This document shows, in pieces, positions 8,976 through 18,700 of a stretch of 64,000 bases of DNA. The position numbers were made by a program, and so were the translations under genes. The DNA is taken from the sequence record NC_070950.1; one strand, given 5' to 3'. Below the pieces are notes generated by a model. It saw only the letters and a program-made list of their open reading frames with translations, was not told the origin of the DNA and made no database searches. Position 1 is the first letter of the stretch. Each line of letters starts with the position of its first letter.

Positions 8976-10697
8976 TTATGCTACGAGTTTATTGTAAACT
9001 TTTTCGATCTCAGTAATGGTCGGGAATCTATGAAGTGTGGTACAGAGACTCAACGCATTTGCTTTAGGGCTGCTGGCGTAGTTGACTCCGACTTCCCTGA
9101 ATTGGAATCGGTTCAACCCTTCAATTTTACACGCTTCCATACGTGTTGTTTTATTTGATACGTTCAGCGCCACTGTCGCCGTAGGATAAGCACCAGTAAC
9201 GTCGATATCATCGGTCAAACCACGACCACGACTTCTGATACCCGGCATGCCGATAAAGAGCGCTTTACCCATGTCCTCGTTCTTTTCAGTCTCCAACAAC
9301 GCAATCCAATCTTTAAGATCTGGTTTAAGATCATCAAGTTCATCTTTGCTTGTCGTTCCGCGAGTACCCCAAACGTAACCGTTATCTTTAGCAACAAAAG
9401 ACAGTTCGTCGGAAATACATTTCGGCTGACTAGGATAGTTAAAGAATTCAGACGATTTCAAAAGCATAGGTAGCGAGAGACTTAAGTCATCCGTCTTTTC
9501 GTTAAGTTCTTCTATCGTGATGTTATCTTTGATGTTGTAAATGCAATATTCAAAGATATGATTCTTTTGCATATAACGGTGCCAGTCAGGTGAACCTGCT
9601 GGTAAGTGACTACCTGATTCGGTATAGAGTTTACCTTCTATCCCATTATCTTGAGCGGTGAATTCCAATCCGTAAGAATCCTTCTTACCCTGAGGAGCGC
9701 GTTTAATCGCATAGAAGGATGCGGCGTCCAACCATTGCCATGACGACATAGCTTGAACGGTAGGGAAACTTTCTTGCCACTCCAGAGGTTGTTTATCACC
9801 GTTCTCCTTGACCTTATGAGTTCTTCCTTTATTGAACCAATAATTTTGGAATTCCTCAGGAACATTCGGGTCGCTATAAACCGCAGCTGGATCAATGTTG
9901 TAAGCAAGTAATGCTTCCTCGTTCTTCTCCATATCGAACTTGGCGTTCCAAGACGCTATCCAATCTGGATGCCATTCATGCCAGCGCGCTACGTTACTTT
10001 CCACTACTTGAGCTTGGTTGTCAAAGAGCTCCCAAATCACAGTCGCGTTACGTCGTTTTAAAACATCTCCTAATAATCGCTCAGCTTCAGATTCTAAAGT
10101 CTCGATAATCTTCTTATCAGACATTCCATTAAAAATCCAACGAACTGCTGAGAAGTAAATCTTTTCTTTAAACGTAGTCGACGCCATAATGATAGAGTCA
10201 TCATTATTGTTGATCATGTTTGTTTCTACGTCATAAGCTGCCGTGGTATAAGACTCTGTCTCTTGGTATTTTGCCTGTGTCCTGAAATAGTAGTTCTTTA
10301 TGAGCACCGGAGTGGTTTGCTCACAACCGTAGACATATGGAGAGTTCTTCATAGTCAGCAGGTCGGCTTTTTTATCAGGTACCCCGTAGAGGATTCGGCT
10401 GATATTCATCGCCATACGAGCACGTGTGCTTTTAAAACTATCGCATAATCGTTTGTCGATGTAGTCTTTCTTATCTTTAAACTTACGGAATTTTTCTTTC
10501 GTGATATAAAAGTCGACAACGAGATCGGGAATACCTATCAGCGAATCAGATCGAGACCCATCTTCATGGACATTGGTTATTTTAACCAGGTTATAGTCTT
10601 TTAATTTGTCGTACCGTGATGTGCTGTATGCAACTTTTTTACAAACTTTTCCAATGATGGGAGAGTCATTTTTTTCTCCCGATCCTAGTGTAATCAT
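8976..10697 (-). CDS. split family-B DNA polymerase subunit (3'-5' exonuclease plus palm motif A), phiKZ gp82-like
   Basis: ExoI AYDVET, ExoII WNAKFD, ExoIII YNIKD, Pol motif A DIDVTGAYPT near the C-terminus; motifs B and C absent. Confidence 0.8.
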   Translation of the reverse strand: MITLGSGEKNDSPIIGKVCKKVAYSTSRYDKLKDYNLVKITNVHEDGSRSDSLIGIPDLVVDFYITKEKFRKFKDKKDYIDKRLCDSFKSTRARMAMNISRILYGVPDKKADLLTMKNSPYVYGCEQTTPVLIKNYYFRTQAKYQETESYTTAAYDVETNMINNNDDSIIMASTTFKEKIYFSAVRWIFNGMSDKKIIETLESEAERLLGDVLKRRNATVIWELFDNQAQVVESNVARWHEWHPDWIASWNAKFDMEKNEEALLAYNIDPAAVYSDPNVPEEFQNYWFNKGRTHKVKENGDKQPLEWQESFPTVQAMSSWQWLDAASFYAIKRAPQGKKDSYGLEFTAQDNGIEGKLYTESGSHLPAGSPDWHRYMQKNHIFEYCIYNIKDNITIEELNEKTDDLSLSLPMLLKSSEFFNYPSQPKCISDELSFVAKDNGYVWGTRGTTSKDELDDLKPDLKDWIALLETEKNEDMGKALFIGMPGIRSRGRGLTDDIDVTGAYPTATVALNVSNKTTRMEACKIEGLNRFQFREVGVNYASSPKANALSLCTTLHRFPTITEIEKVYNKLVA

Positions 10698-10712
10698 GGG
10701 CTCACCACATTT

Positions 10713-10716
10713 TATG
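10713..10716 (+). promoter_or_regulatory. candidate late promoter core TATG upstream of head operon
   Basis: TTTTATG 60 nt before ATG 10776; phiKZ non-virion RNAP late promoters have a TATG core; a 4-mer is weak evidence. Confidence 0.35.
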
Positions 10717-10775
10717 AATGTTGAAGTTCTCTAAACAATTACGCTTATAGTTATTTTTAACAGAGGCCTTATTAA

Positions 10776-12101
10776 ATGATTGACGTCAGTTTTCTCCGTC
10801 CTGCTAAGGTGGGTGGGATGGAGTTTATGGATTTCCAATACACCAATTTCTTCGACGAACTCAGCAGGGCCTTTGATGACGTAATTGTCGAGGGTGAATT
10901 AAAGGAAATTCCTGATGAGGTTCTTGGGCTTGTGCGCAAGTATACCGGATTTAGCAATATCGAAATTAATTTGGTCGAGGTGGGCAATCTTGCTATTGAA
11001 GCCGGGTATTTAAATCCCAATAATGTGTTCAATATTGAGGATATTGAAAAATATCTTCCTCGATCTGAGTCTACTTTGTACCGTTGGTTTACCGGAAATA
11101 AACAGACGTTCTTTAAAGGTACAATAGATTATCAAACGGGATCCGTTGGCGGTGCTTACGCCGAACTACCCTTCCGCCTATTTGTTAATTCCCGCCTTAA
11201 TACGTTTTTATCCAAATCGTTCCTGGACAAGTACAAGGCTAGTCACGGTCAGGCGTTAGCCGCTGCATTTATTCATGAGTTGGGCCACGCATTTGGCGCG
11301 ATCATGATGATCCATCAATCAGTTTACGATGCCATCACCGTAAGAACAGCGGTTGATTTCTTTACTCGAGCTAAAACGCCTAAAGATCGCGTTACCGTAA
11401 TAAAGGATGGTTACCGGTTACTCGACCCAGATGCTAAACCCGATCAGAAAATCGAAAGCGAAATCGCGAACGCCGAAGACGGTAATGAATTCGTTATTTT
11501 TCTGTCCAAGATAGCCTCGCAACGTAACCTCAAACGCAGTTTAAGCTTGGGCGTCACTAAGATGAACTCTGAGGTTGTTGCGGACGCTTATTCGGTCAGA
11601 ATGGGGTGCGGACGATCTCTTGCCGTGGCAATAGGGTCAATAACTAAGAACAGTCATTTAGGTCAGCTTGTACTTACTTTGCTGTTGTCCCTCATGACTG
11701 CGTTTTACAGCGCTTCTCTTTCTCTTACCGTCGGCGGTGTCATGGGCGTCGGCGCCCTAGTAGTCTTCTCCTTGCTTTTTTACATGGGTAACAATACGCC
11801 GGATGTCTATAATTCAGAACACCGTAGAATGACCGACATTCTTACTCAGATGATCGGCAAGCTGAAAGATAATAAATTTATTTCAGCTCAAGATAAACAA
11901 AAGTACTTGGGTCAGATTATCGAAACTCAGAAACTCATTGATGAGAACAAACCCTTCATTGAGGGTTCCGTTTTCCAATCGATGTGGATGTGGTTAAAGA
12001 GCGGATCCGATGCTAAGTTAACCAATATCGAACATTATACTTCGCTTATTGCTAACAGCAAAACGAATGTATTGTCAGAACAATTTAATTCCCTTTCCTA
12101 G
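10776..12101 (+). CDS. putative virion Zn-metallopeptidase-like protein (HExxH, M48-like; 441 aa)
   Basis: FIHELGHAF, downstream EVVADAYSVRMGCG, hydrophobic hairpin; first gene of the head-protein operon. Confidence 0.55.
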   Translation: MIDVSFLRPAKVGGMEFMDFQYTNFFDELSRAFDDVIVEGELKEIPDEVLGLVRKYTGFSNIEINLVEVGNLAIEAGYLNPNNVFNIEDIEKYLPRSESTLYRWFTGNKQTFFKGTIDYQTGSVGGAYAELPFRLFVNSRLNTFLSKSFLDKYKASHGQALAAAFIHELGHAFGAIMMIHQSVYDAITVRTAVDFFTRAKTPKDRVTVIKDGYRLLDPDAKPDQKIESEIANAEDGNEFVIFLSKIASQRNLKRSLSLGVTKMNSEVVADAYSVRMGCGRSLAVAIGSITKNSHLGQLVLTLLLSLMTAFYSASLSLTVGGVMGVGALVVFSLLFYMGNNTPDVYNSEHRRMTDILTQMIGKLKDNKFISAQDKQKYLGQIIETQKLIDENKPFIEGSVFQSMWMWLKSGSDAKLTNIEHYTSLIANSKTNVLSEQFNSLS

Positions 12102-12110
12102 AGGTATGAC

Positions 12111-12509
12111 ATGTCACATTTAGCCCACACCATCACCCTGAAGAGCAAACTCTTAGAGTTGGGGGTTACTGACCCTGCGGATCAAAAACGTATTGTTGAG
12201 AACGCTTATGTTCGTGCGCTGGTAAAATACCTGTTTACCTACAAATATGTTTTCTCCGGATACACCGAAGAAGTCGAATCCAATATTTACCGCCGTCTGG
12301 CCAAGTGGAATGAGATCTCGCCTATTAACGGCCCTTTCATTGTCGAGAAACTCAAAGCGATCGTTCGCAATCTGAAAAACGAAGCGCTGGCTGGCGGTCA
12401 GTTCACCCCAATTAAAAATGCGAACGAAACTTTCGATGAACTGAGTTCGGAAGAGTTTATCAAATTGATGGACTGGTTGTTCGGAGAGATGGTGACCGGT
12501 AATGACTGA
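12111..12509 (+). CDS. small virion/head protein (132 aa)
   Basis: GAGGT SD; lies in the head operon, coupled to the next gene. Confidence 0.6.
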   Translation: MSHLAHTITLKSKLLELGVTDPADQKRIVENAYVRALVKYLFTYKYVFSGYTEEVESNIYRRLAKWNEISPINGPFIVEKLKAIVRNLKNEALAGGQFTPIKNANETFDELSSEEFIKLMDWLFGEMVTGND

Positions 12510-14007
12510 TAAAAAAGATCCTGTTGTTACCACCTATCCTTTAATTGGAGAAGGTGGTAAAGTGGTCCCGGGAGACCAAGAAGAACAATTGATCGATCTC
12601 GACGCCGCCTACAAGAAGACAGGTGAAACGAAAACCAATGAGCTTGTAGAAGGCCTGGAGCGTTACATCAACCAAAAAATTCTCGGTAAACGGGAAATGG
12701 AATTAGCTGGAGTTAAAGGAGGGGAGAATTTTGATCCCCTCCCATCCAGACGTAATGCCGTGTTGGGAGGAGAATCTTTCCTCACCGCTGTAAAAGACGG
12801 TTTTTTGAAGATCATTGATTTCATTATCAAGTTTATCAAAGGCGCCGTTAACTGGGTTATCGAACGCATTAAAGTATTACTGGGCTTTAGTAAGACAAAG
12901 GCCGAGATTAAAGCCTGCGAAGACGCCAGATCTGATATGGAGAAAGAGGTCAAATCCACCCTGTCTGGATTCGGAATCAACCCTTCTTTCTACAGCCTGG
13001 ATCAGCTGGTTGAATCCGCGCCTCGTGGTATCGATCGGGTCGAAATGATTAAATACCTTTCAGCCAAATCTAAAAACGAAACCGAGATGGCGAAAGCACT
13101 CACTGGTGTTATTCCTGACCTGACAACACTGACCCGTAAGTTAAGAGATTCTTCCGATAGCTTGACTAAACGGTACAAGCGATTCAAAGTTGTTCTGGAA
13201 GACACCCGTAAGAAATTGGCCGCTAATAGAGTTGGAGATGCTGACGCTTACGAGCTGTCTAAAGCCATCAAAGACGTTATGGTCATTTCCGAAGACTATG
13301 GAGATGTGGTCGCTTCTTTGTCTGCGGTGGTGTCTAAACTGTATGGGGTTAATCTCGATAACTCTAAAATCCTTAAAGAGGGATTTGGTGTTTTACGAGA
13401 AAATATTGCCCGAAATCGTGCGGTCGCAACCAGTAAGCTCAATCCGGAAAAACTGACCGGTCTTTACGCTGAAATCGGAACGTTAAATAACCGGATTATT
13501 TCTGAATCGGGTAATACGTTCGATTTATCTCACGTCGACACTAAAGTTCTAAAAGAAGTGGTCTCTTTGGATGACGCCAATTTCATCAATAATTTATCTG
13601 ATGTGGTCGGTAATCGTCAACTCATCGCAGACTATCAGACCATGGCGGTTTCTGTCAGGGACTTTACTGCGATTCTGGAATCGTCTTCTGCCATTTGCGC
13701 CGACATTTCCCGTGAAATTGCCAACTTCACTAAGTGGAAAAATAACGTGGATATGTACCTCGCGGTAGCGGTCACAGAAGATCTTAAACTGATCGCTTCT
13801 ACGCTGATCGCTTCTGCGGGAGCCGGGGAATATGATCTCGACAAGTTAGGTAAGAGCAAACCTGTTGTTCTACCTGAACCCGGCCTGGTCAAGAAGACCG
13901 GTTTGATCACCCAGGAAATTCTCGACGCCGATCTCCATGGTGTTACTACCGCTGTTAACAATTTTGCGAAAACTGCGGGACTCAACGTGAGGGTTAAACC
14001 ACGATGA
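12502..14007 (+). CDS. internal head (ejection) protein with propeptide (501 aa)
   Basis: GGAG SD; G-x-E sites (VEGLER, KGGENF, LGGESF) followed by amphipathic helix KIIDFIIKFIKGAVNWVIERIK. Confidence 0.65.
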   Translation: MTDKKDPVVTTYPLIGEGGKVVPGDQEEQLIDLDAAYKKTGETKTNELVEGLERYINQKILGKREMELAGVKGGENFDPLPSRRNAVLGGESFLTAVKDGFLKIIDFIIKFIKGAVNWVIERIKVLLGFSKTKAEIKACEDARSDMEKEVKSTLSGFGINPSFYSLDQLVESAPRGIDRVEMIKYLSAKSKNETEMAKALTGVIPDLTTLTRKLRDSSDSLTKRYKRFKVVLEDTRKKLAANRVGDADAYELSKAIKDVMVISEDYGDVVASLSAVVSKLYGVNLDNSKILKEGFGVLRENIARNRAVATSKLNPEKLTGLYAEIGTLNNRIISESGNTFDLSHVDTKVLKEVVSLDDANFINNLSDVVGNRQLIADYQTMAVSVRDFTAILESSSAICADISREIANFTKWKNNVDMYLAVAVTEDLKLIASTLIASAGAGEYDLDKLGKSKPVVLPEPGLVKKTGLITQEILDADLHGVTTAVNNFAKTAGLNVRVKPR

Positions 14008-14684
14008 ACGAAACCCTAGAAAAATTGCTGAGTAACGCGCTGACCCATGACAGCGATTGGGAAGCTGACGCTCAACAATTTAAAGAAGGTATAAAGGAGA
14101 TTCATCAGCTCCTGGAACGTCGACTGGATGCCAAGCTTCTCATGGAAGCTCTCGCTTTCTTCGATGCGTGTGAAGAAACGATTATCGACGTAAGAGCCAG
14201 GATGGTAACAGGTCCTTCTAAAGTCAATAACGATCTTTTCTATAATTTCTGTAAATTTAAATACACGCAGAAAATTATGGGGATCTCAGTATTGGCGGAC
14301 GGCGTTTTAGTCGCTAAGGATTTCGATACCGCTATTGGTGCGATGGTTGATGATTTGTTTAAATCGCTTAATCAATCCACTGATAACGATCGTTTCCATA
14401 AAGCGATCTGTCTTCGTCGTGATGTGAAACGACTTAAGATTGCACTGGAAGATCCGTATACGTTTAATCTCGGTGTGGATTGGACAGTCATTGAACCAAA
14501 AGAAGATTACATTGAAGACTCGACAGATCTTGACTTCTTGAAAGAATCGAGAGAACGTCTTGCCGTCAATGAAACATCTTACGAGTTCTGGGCGATCGAA
14601 AATCGTATCCGTCAAATTACGTCGGAGAATTACATTCGTCGTTCGTTCTTAGAACGTCTTGGTCTTTACTACAAAAAAGATTAA
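14004..14684 (+). CDS. hypothetical protein (226 aa)
   Basis: ATGA coupling with the upstream gene; no motif recognised. Confidence 0.65.
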   Translation: MNETLEKLLSNALTHDSDWEADAQQFKEGIKEIHQLLERRLDAKLLMEALAFFDACEETIIDVRARMVTGPSKVNNDLFYNFCKFKYTQKIMGISVLADGVLVAKDFDTAIGAMVDDLFKSLNQSTDNDRFHKAICLRRDVKRLKIALEDPYTFNLGVDWTVIEPKEDYIEDSTDLDFLKESRERLAVNETSYEFWAIENRIRQITSENYIRRSFLERLGLYYKKD

Positions 14685-14689
14685 TGTTA

Positions 14690-14723
14690 AATACTCCTCC
14701 TACCCTAGGGTAGGAGGAGTATT
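14690..14723. terminator. perfect 34-bp palindrome between convergent genes
   Basis: AATACTCCTCCTACCCT|AGGGTAGGAGGAGTATT, no spacer; 32-nt core identical to 54122-54153. Confidence 0.8.
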
Positions 14724-14725
14724 GT

Positions 14726-17641
14726 TTAGGATTTATGCAATTTAAAGTTTAAAGTAATATCTTCAGCAATTGTCAACAACGTGTTATTGTTGTTGTTCAA
14801 CACTTTACGAATACTGAACCCGGTCGTTGCATCTTTGTTACTAATGACATCGATGCTAGTAGACCCTGCAAACGATTCCAGTTTTATATCAACCACATCG
14901 TCACCAGAAATATCTTTAAGTGCGGAGATAAGACTGGAGTTAGAAATGGTTGAGTTGGCCAGCATGTTGTTGATAGTCTCGGGATATGTGTTAGCGAGAC
15001 TGGTCTGCAACGCATCCGACTCATACCCATTTTTGGTTAAGTAAACCGTAATGGAGAAACTGAGATCGCTCCTAATCGTCGTTTCGATATCAGCGTTGAT
15101 GATGACATCGATATTCCCGATCTTAGCTTTAGGAAGAAACTTGACTTTGGTTTCGTCCAGGCTTCGATTGTTAATCGCTGTCATATCTTGCTTGATATTA
15201 TCAGTCAGATAGGTTTTGGTCGACTCATCGAAATCTTTATCGTACGTATCGGTCGTGAAGAAGTAAGAGCCATCAAACCCTAAGAAGTCGAAGCTGTACT
15301 GCAGCTTCCTAGGTTCAACTTCCACGTTGTTACCGTCGGCGTCTTTAACAAAATCGCCGATGAGATATTTGTACGTCGGATTACCTTGAGCATCCAGAAT
15401 AGGGTCACCTTTCTTATGCAAGAAGATCGGAAGACCATCATTGCCTAAAACCAGTTTCCCTTCGGCATCACGCTGAGGATAATCTTTATCATAAGTATCC
15501 GGAACGTTATAAGTGTACTTCTGATAACGCGCGTCGCCAGTGATCGGTCGGATACGAGTGTACATGTAATCGAGGCTCTGACCTAGAGTAATGTTCCACT
15601 GCGTTTCGATAATCGCTTGCATATCAGCAGAGAAAAGACTAGAGGCGATCTTGTTGTCGCTATCTGATCTGTTCGTTGCATCATCAGTAGTTTTTAACAG
15701 AAGGAAACTGAATGCGTTAGTCAGACTACTTGGGATATTATTTGCGTCCGCGTCGTACTGAGTCAGGTTGTTAAGATAAAGCAAATCGTTGTTATCGATG
15801 TCAAAGTTGCTCGATAATACAAACTGCCAAATCCTTTCACCGGAACTGTTGACCCCTACCAATTCACCCTTAACAGATGCGAGCGCTGCTGCGTTAGCTG
15901 GGGTGAAACAGAGTTGTGCTCCGACCTCACTATCCTCCAAAGCCTTGTACTCTTTACCAGACTTACAAACAAGAGTAAAGACGTAGCCCGTTTTCGTTAC
16001 GGAGACGTTAATACTTGATACGCCGAGCTCTATCCCCAGGTTGGTGTTCTCGTATAAGAATCTCTGGTAGTTGCCGGTAGGAGAATCCATCCGGTACATT
16101 CTTAACGACGCTTGATTGTCGGTAAGATCCATGACGTAATGGAACGGAGTGTAAACCAACGCATTCCCATTGACATAGTTGGAAATAGCCTCAAACCCAG
16201 AATTCTGGATGGCGGTTAATTCCGTTAAGGGAACTATCCTGGTCGTCGTTTTCGAAATATCGAATACCGTCCTGCTCGGTATAGTGATCCGTTCGCCATT
16301 GTCAAACACCATTCCTGTCGCTACCAAATCTTCGGCACTTTGCAGAATCGATCCGATGTAGGTGTTCATGCTAGAAACCATCCCGTCTTTATTAGACTGA
16401 GCTGGAAGATCTCTGGACGCCTTGTACAGACGATTGGTGATGTAATCAATGGAAAGTACTTCGTCGTAACCACGGTCTTCAATATTGTAAGAATATTGAT
16501 TAGGGGTAATCGGTAAGCTATCCCGGCGGTTGCCGTAGATGCTCGCTCGACGAACACTTTCAAAACTACGAGGATTGGCTCCGCCGGTTACAGCGTTGAC
16601 AGTAATCCAGGCTTGGTTATTCGCACTCAACAATGGCGAGGAGTACACGCCCAATTGGTTGTTGTCGTAATTATAGTCGAGATATTCCGGTGTGTGATCT
16701 GCAACACTGATCGTTTTGAGATCCTGCTCGTAATAACCGACGGTCGTATAAACGTACAACGCGATCTTACCTACGCCCAATCCGCTCGTTATATACGCAA
16801 CCGGAACTTCATAGGTAAACGAACCGTTATCATTATCCAGGGAGATAACCAAAGTCGGTACAGTCGTATCGAAGTTGGCTTTGTTGTAACTAATAGCCAT
16901 CTCGGCAGTACTGCCGTCTGAATAAGTGATAAAGGCACGGATGGCGTAAAGATAGTTACTGAAATAAAAGGTGTCTTTAGCCAAGCCGGAGGCTGCCGTT
17001 GTCGCGATATTGAACTTAGGCGTGTTGTTCAATTGACGAACAGGAACGAGGATGCGGAGGAACTTAACGTTGCTGATAACAACGTAGTCGGTATCCAGTA
17101 CGTTCTCTGAAATTGGATTGAGCGGATTGTTGACAGTTGAATCATAAACAACGCTATGACCGCCGTGTTCCATTAAACGAATTTCGAAACCGTTTTCAAT
17201 ACTGAAGTAAGTGGAGTTAACCAAAATTCGAGTATCTTTAGGAACTAACAGTTTCCGATATTTGTTTACTACCGCCCCATCTTCTTCCTGGTAGTCAACA
17301 GCCAAACGTTTTATCTCACTCACTGGAATAAGATAAGCCATCGTTGTACTGCTAGGAACACCGAGCAAACCGTACCATTCTTCGTCAGATAGATTACGGC
17401 TGAGATCAGACATGTTCCTCGCCTGGTTTTTATACATCTGAGCAGCTGCGTCACTATGACGACTCAGCAGTGTATACGCCTCACCCACGATCATATCCAT
17501 AGCCGTGATAAATGGATGCGTGGGGCTATTAAAGGCAATGTTTTTACCTGACCATGCATCTTCGATCATGGAAAGTACGTTAGGAATAACTCGAGTGGGG
17601 TTATTCGATATTTTTTCTAAGTCGGAGTAGGAATAACTCAT
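14726..17641 (-). CDS. baseplate wedge protein candidate (T4 gp6 / P2 gpJ-like), 971 aa
   Basis: GGANPRSFESVRRA...ITPNQY matches the baseplate-J GG-x-x-x-E-S-x-E-x-x-R...T-x-x-D/Q-Y pattern; size and synteny fit phiKZ-like baseplate genes. Confidence 0.6.
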   Translation of the reverse strand: MSYSYSDLEKISNNPTRVIPNVLSMIEDAWSGKNIAFNSPTHPFITAMDMIVGEAYTLLSRHSDAAAQMYKNQARNMSDLSRNLSDEEWYGLLGVPSSTTMAYLIPVSEIKRLAVDYQEEDGAVVNKYRKLLVPKDTRILVNSTYFSIENGFEIRLMEHGGHSVVYDSTVNNPLNPISENVLDTDYVVISNVKFLRILVPVRQLNNTPKFNIATTAASGLAKDTFYFSNYLYAIRAFITYSDGSTAEMAISYNKANFDTTVPTLVISLDNDNGSFTYEVPVAYITSGLGVGKIALYVYTTVGYYEQDLKTISVADHTPEYLDYNYDNNQLGVYSSPLLSANNQAWITVNAVTGGANPRSFESVRRASIYGNRRDSLPITPNQYSYNIEDRGYDEVLSIDYITNRLYKASRDLPAQSNKDGMVSSMNTYIGSILQSAEDLVATGMVFDNGERITIPSRTVFDISKTTTRIVPLTELTAIQNSGFEAISNYVNGNALVYTPFHYVMDLTDNQASLRMYRMDSPTGNYQRFLYENTNLGIELGVSSINVSVTKTGYVFTLVCKSGKEYKALEDSEVGAQLCFTPANAAALASVKGELVGVNSSGERIWQFVLSSNFDIDNNDLLYLNNLTQYDADANNIPSSLTNAFSFLLLKTTDDATNRSDSDNKIASSLFSADMQAIIETQWNITLGQSLDYMYTRIRPITGDARYQKYTYNVPDTYDKDYPQRDAEGKLVLGNDGLPIFLHKKGDPILDAQGNPTYKYLIGDFVKDADGNNVEVEPRKLQYSFDFLGFDGSYFFTTDTYDKDFDESTKTYLTDNIKQDMTAINNRSLDETKVKFLPKAKIGNIDVIINADIETTIRSDLSFSITVYLTKNGYESDALQTSLANTYPETINNMLANSTISNSSLISALKDISGDDVVDIKLESFAGSTSIDVISNKDATTGFSIRKVLNNNNNTLLTIAEDITLNFKLHKS

Positions 17642-18672
17642 TTAGCAGTCCACCATTCTAATTCCATGGTACTTAAGTTTATCCAAGGATAAACGTTGTA
17701 TTGTTTTTCTAAGAATTCACTAGGTTGTATTTGACGATAGTAAGAGGAACGCTGGTCATCACCCATGTTCGGATTAAAGAATACGGTAGCGCCATTAAAT
17801 CCGTCAACGACCTCAAATGTATCGAACCTCGCCCCAACACTACTGAACTGAATTGTCAGTTCATCTTGTCCTTGACCGCGTCTGACAGTACTCTCGTTAT
17901 CAATCGCCGACATAGCACCCATGGGGTAGGTTACGGGGATGGATTGAACTGTCATGTACATGCTTTCTATATTTCGTAAGTTTTTGTTCATAATGAAATG
18001 ATAGATGCGACAGTCGAAATCCCAGTAGTTACCGGCCAGCGCCTCAAGAGAAGGCTCCATCTCATTATCACCTAATCTCACTTCGGGAATATAGCTTTCC
18101 CAAGTTTGGAAGATATAGGGAATAATACCTGGTTTTGGATTATAGAACGTCGTATTGATCGTCAGCGGTCCGTTCTCATCCAAAATCCCAACCGGGGCCT
18201 GATGGACCTCGTTACGAATTCCCGGATTACTTTTCCTGACTTCTAAATCTAAATCAGGGAACCCGTTACTGGCTTTACATAAGTTAGTTAGCGGCGCAAT
18301 CCAGGCTAATTTATTGTCGAGATCCGGATGCGGATAAAGGTTAGCTGAGCGATAATCCAATAACCCCCTGACATAAGCAGGAAGGCTATCAGTTTGTGCT
18401 TTATAGAAAGGGGCGAATCGAGGAGATTTTACAACGTTATCGTCTTCGAGATTTAAAACAGGGCGGGTGACGAAAAATAATCCTATGACGTTGTCTGCAA
18501 TAGGCGTCATCTGTACGCCTGGTCCCAGAATACGGATTCCCTTTAAAGTATTTGCGAGGGGTGATGTATAGGAGGAACCTCCATTTGCTGTAAACACATC
18601 ATCAAAGATGCTCAACCTGTCCGTTAGGGCTTCTCCAGTGAAGTTCTCGGAACTATTGAATTTGATATCCAT
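17638..18672 (-). CDS. tail-tube-fold / baseplate tube-initiator candidate (344 aa)
   Basis: Overlaps the 971-aa gene by 4 nt; W..Y...RIYHF...PVTYP...ELTIQF resembles tube/T4 gp54-type proteins. Confidence 0.45.
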   Translation of the reverse strand: MDIKFNSSENFTGEALTDRLSIFDDVFTANGGSSYTSPLANTLKGIRILGPGVQMTPIADNVIGLFFVTRPVLNLEDDNVVKSPRFAPFYKAQTDSLPAYVRGLLDYRSANLYPHPDLDNKLAWIAPLTNLCKASNGFPDLDLEVRKSNPGIRNEVHQAPVGILDENGPLTINTTFYNPKPGIIPYIFQTWESYIPEVRLGDNEMEPSLEALAGNYWDFDCRIYHFIMNKNLRNIESMYMTVQSIPVTYPMGAMSAIDNESTVRRGQGQDELTIQFSSVGARFDTFEVVDGFNGATVFFNPNMGDDQRSSYYRQIQPSEFLEKQYNVYPWINLSTMELEWWTAK

Positions 18673-18700
18673 TATTTATTTCCAAAAAAGAGGAACGACT

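Noticed and set aside
8975-8980. TTTATG after the hairpins at 8941 and 14690 as antisense late promoters
   Set aside because: Both are explained by the last codons of the minus-strand genes (GCA TAA; CAT AAA TCC TAA)
14004-14684. 226-aa ORF as a defence or anti-defence gene inserted in the head operon
   Set aside because: No motif, no composition shift and no own promoter; nothing supports a function
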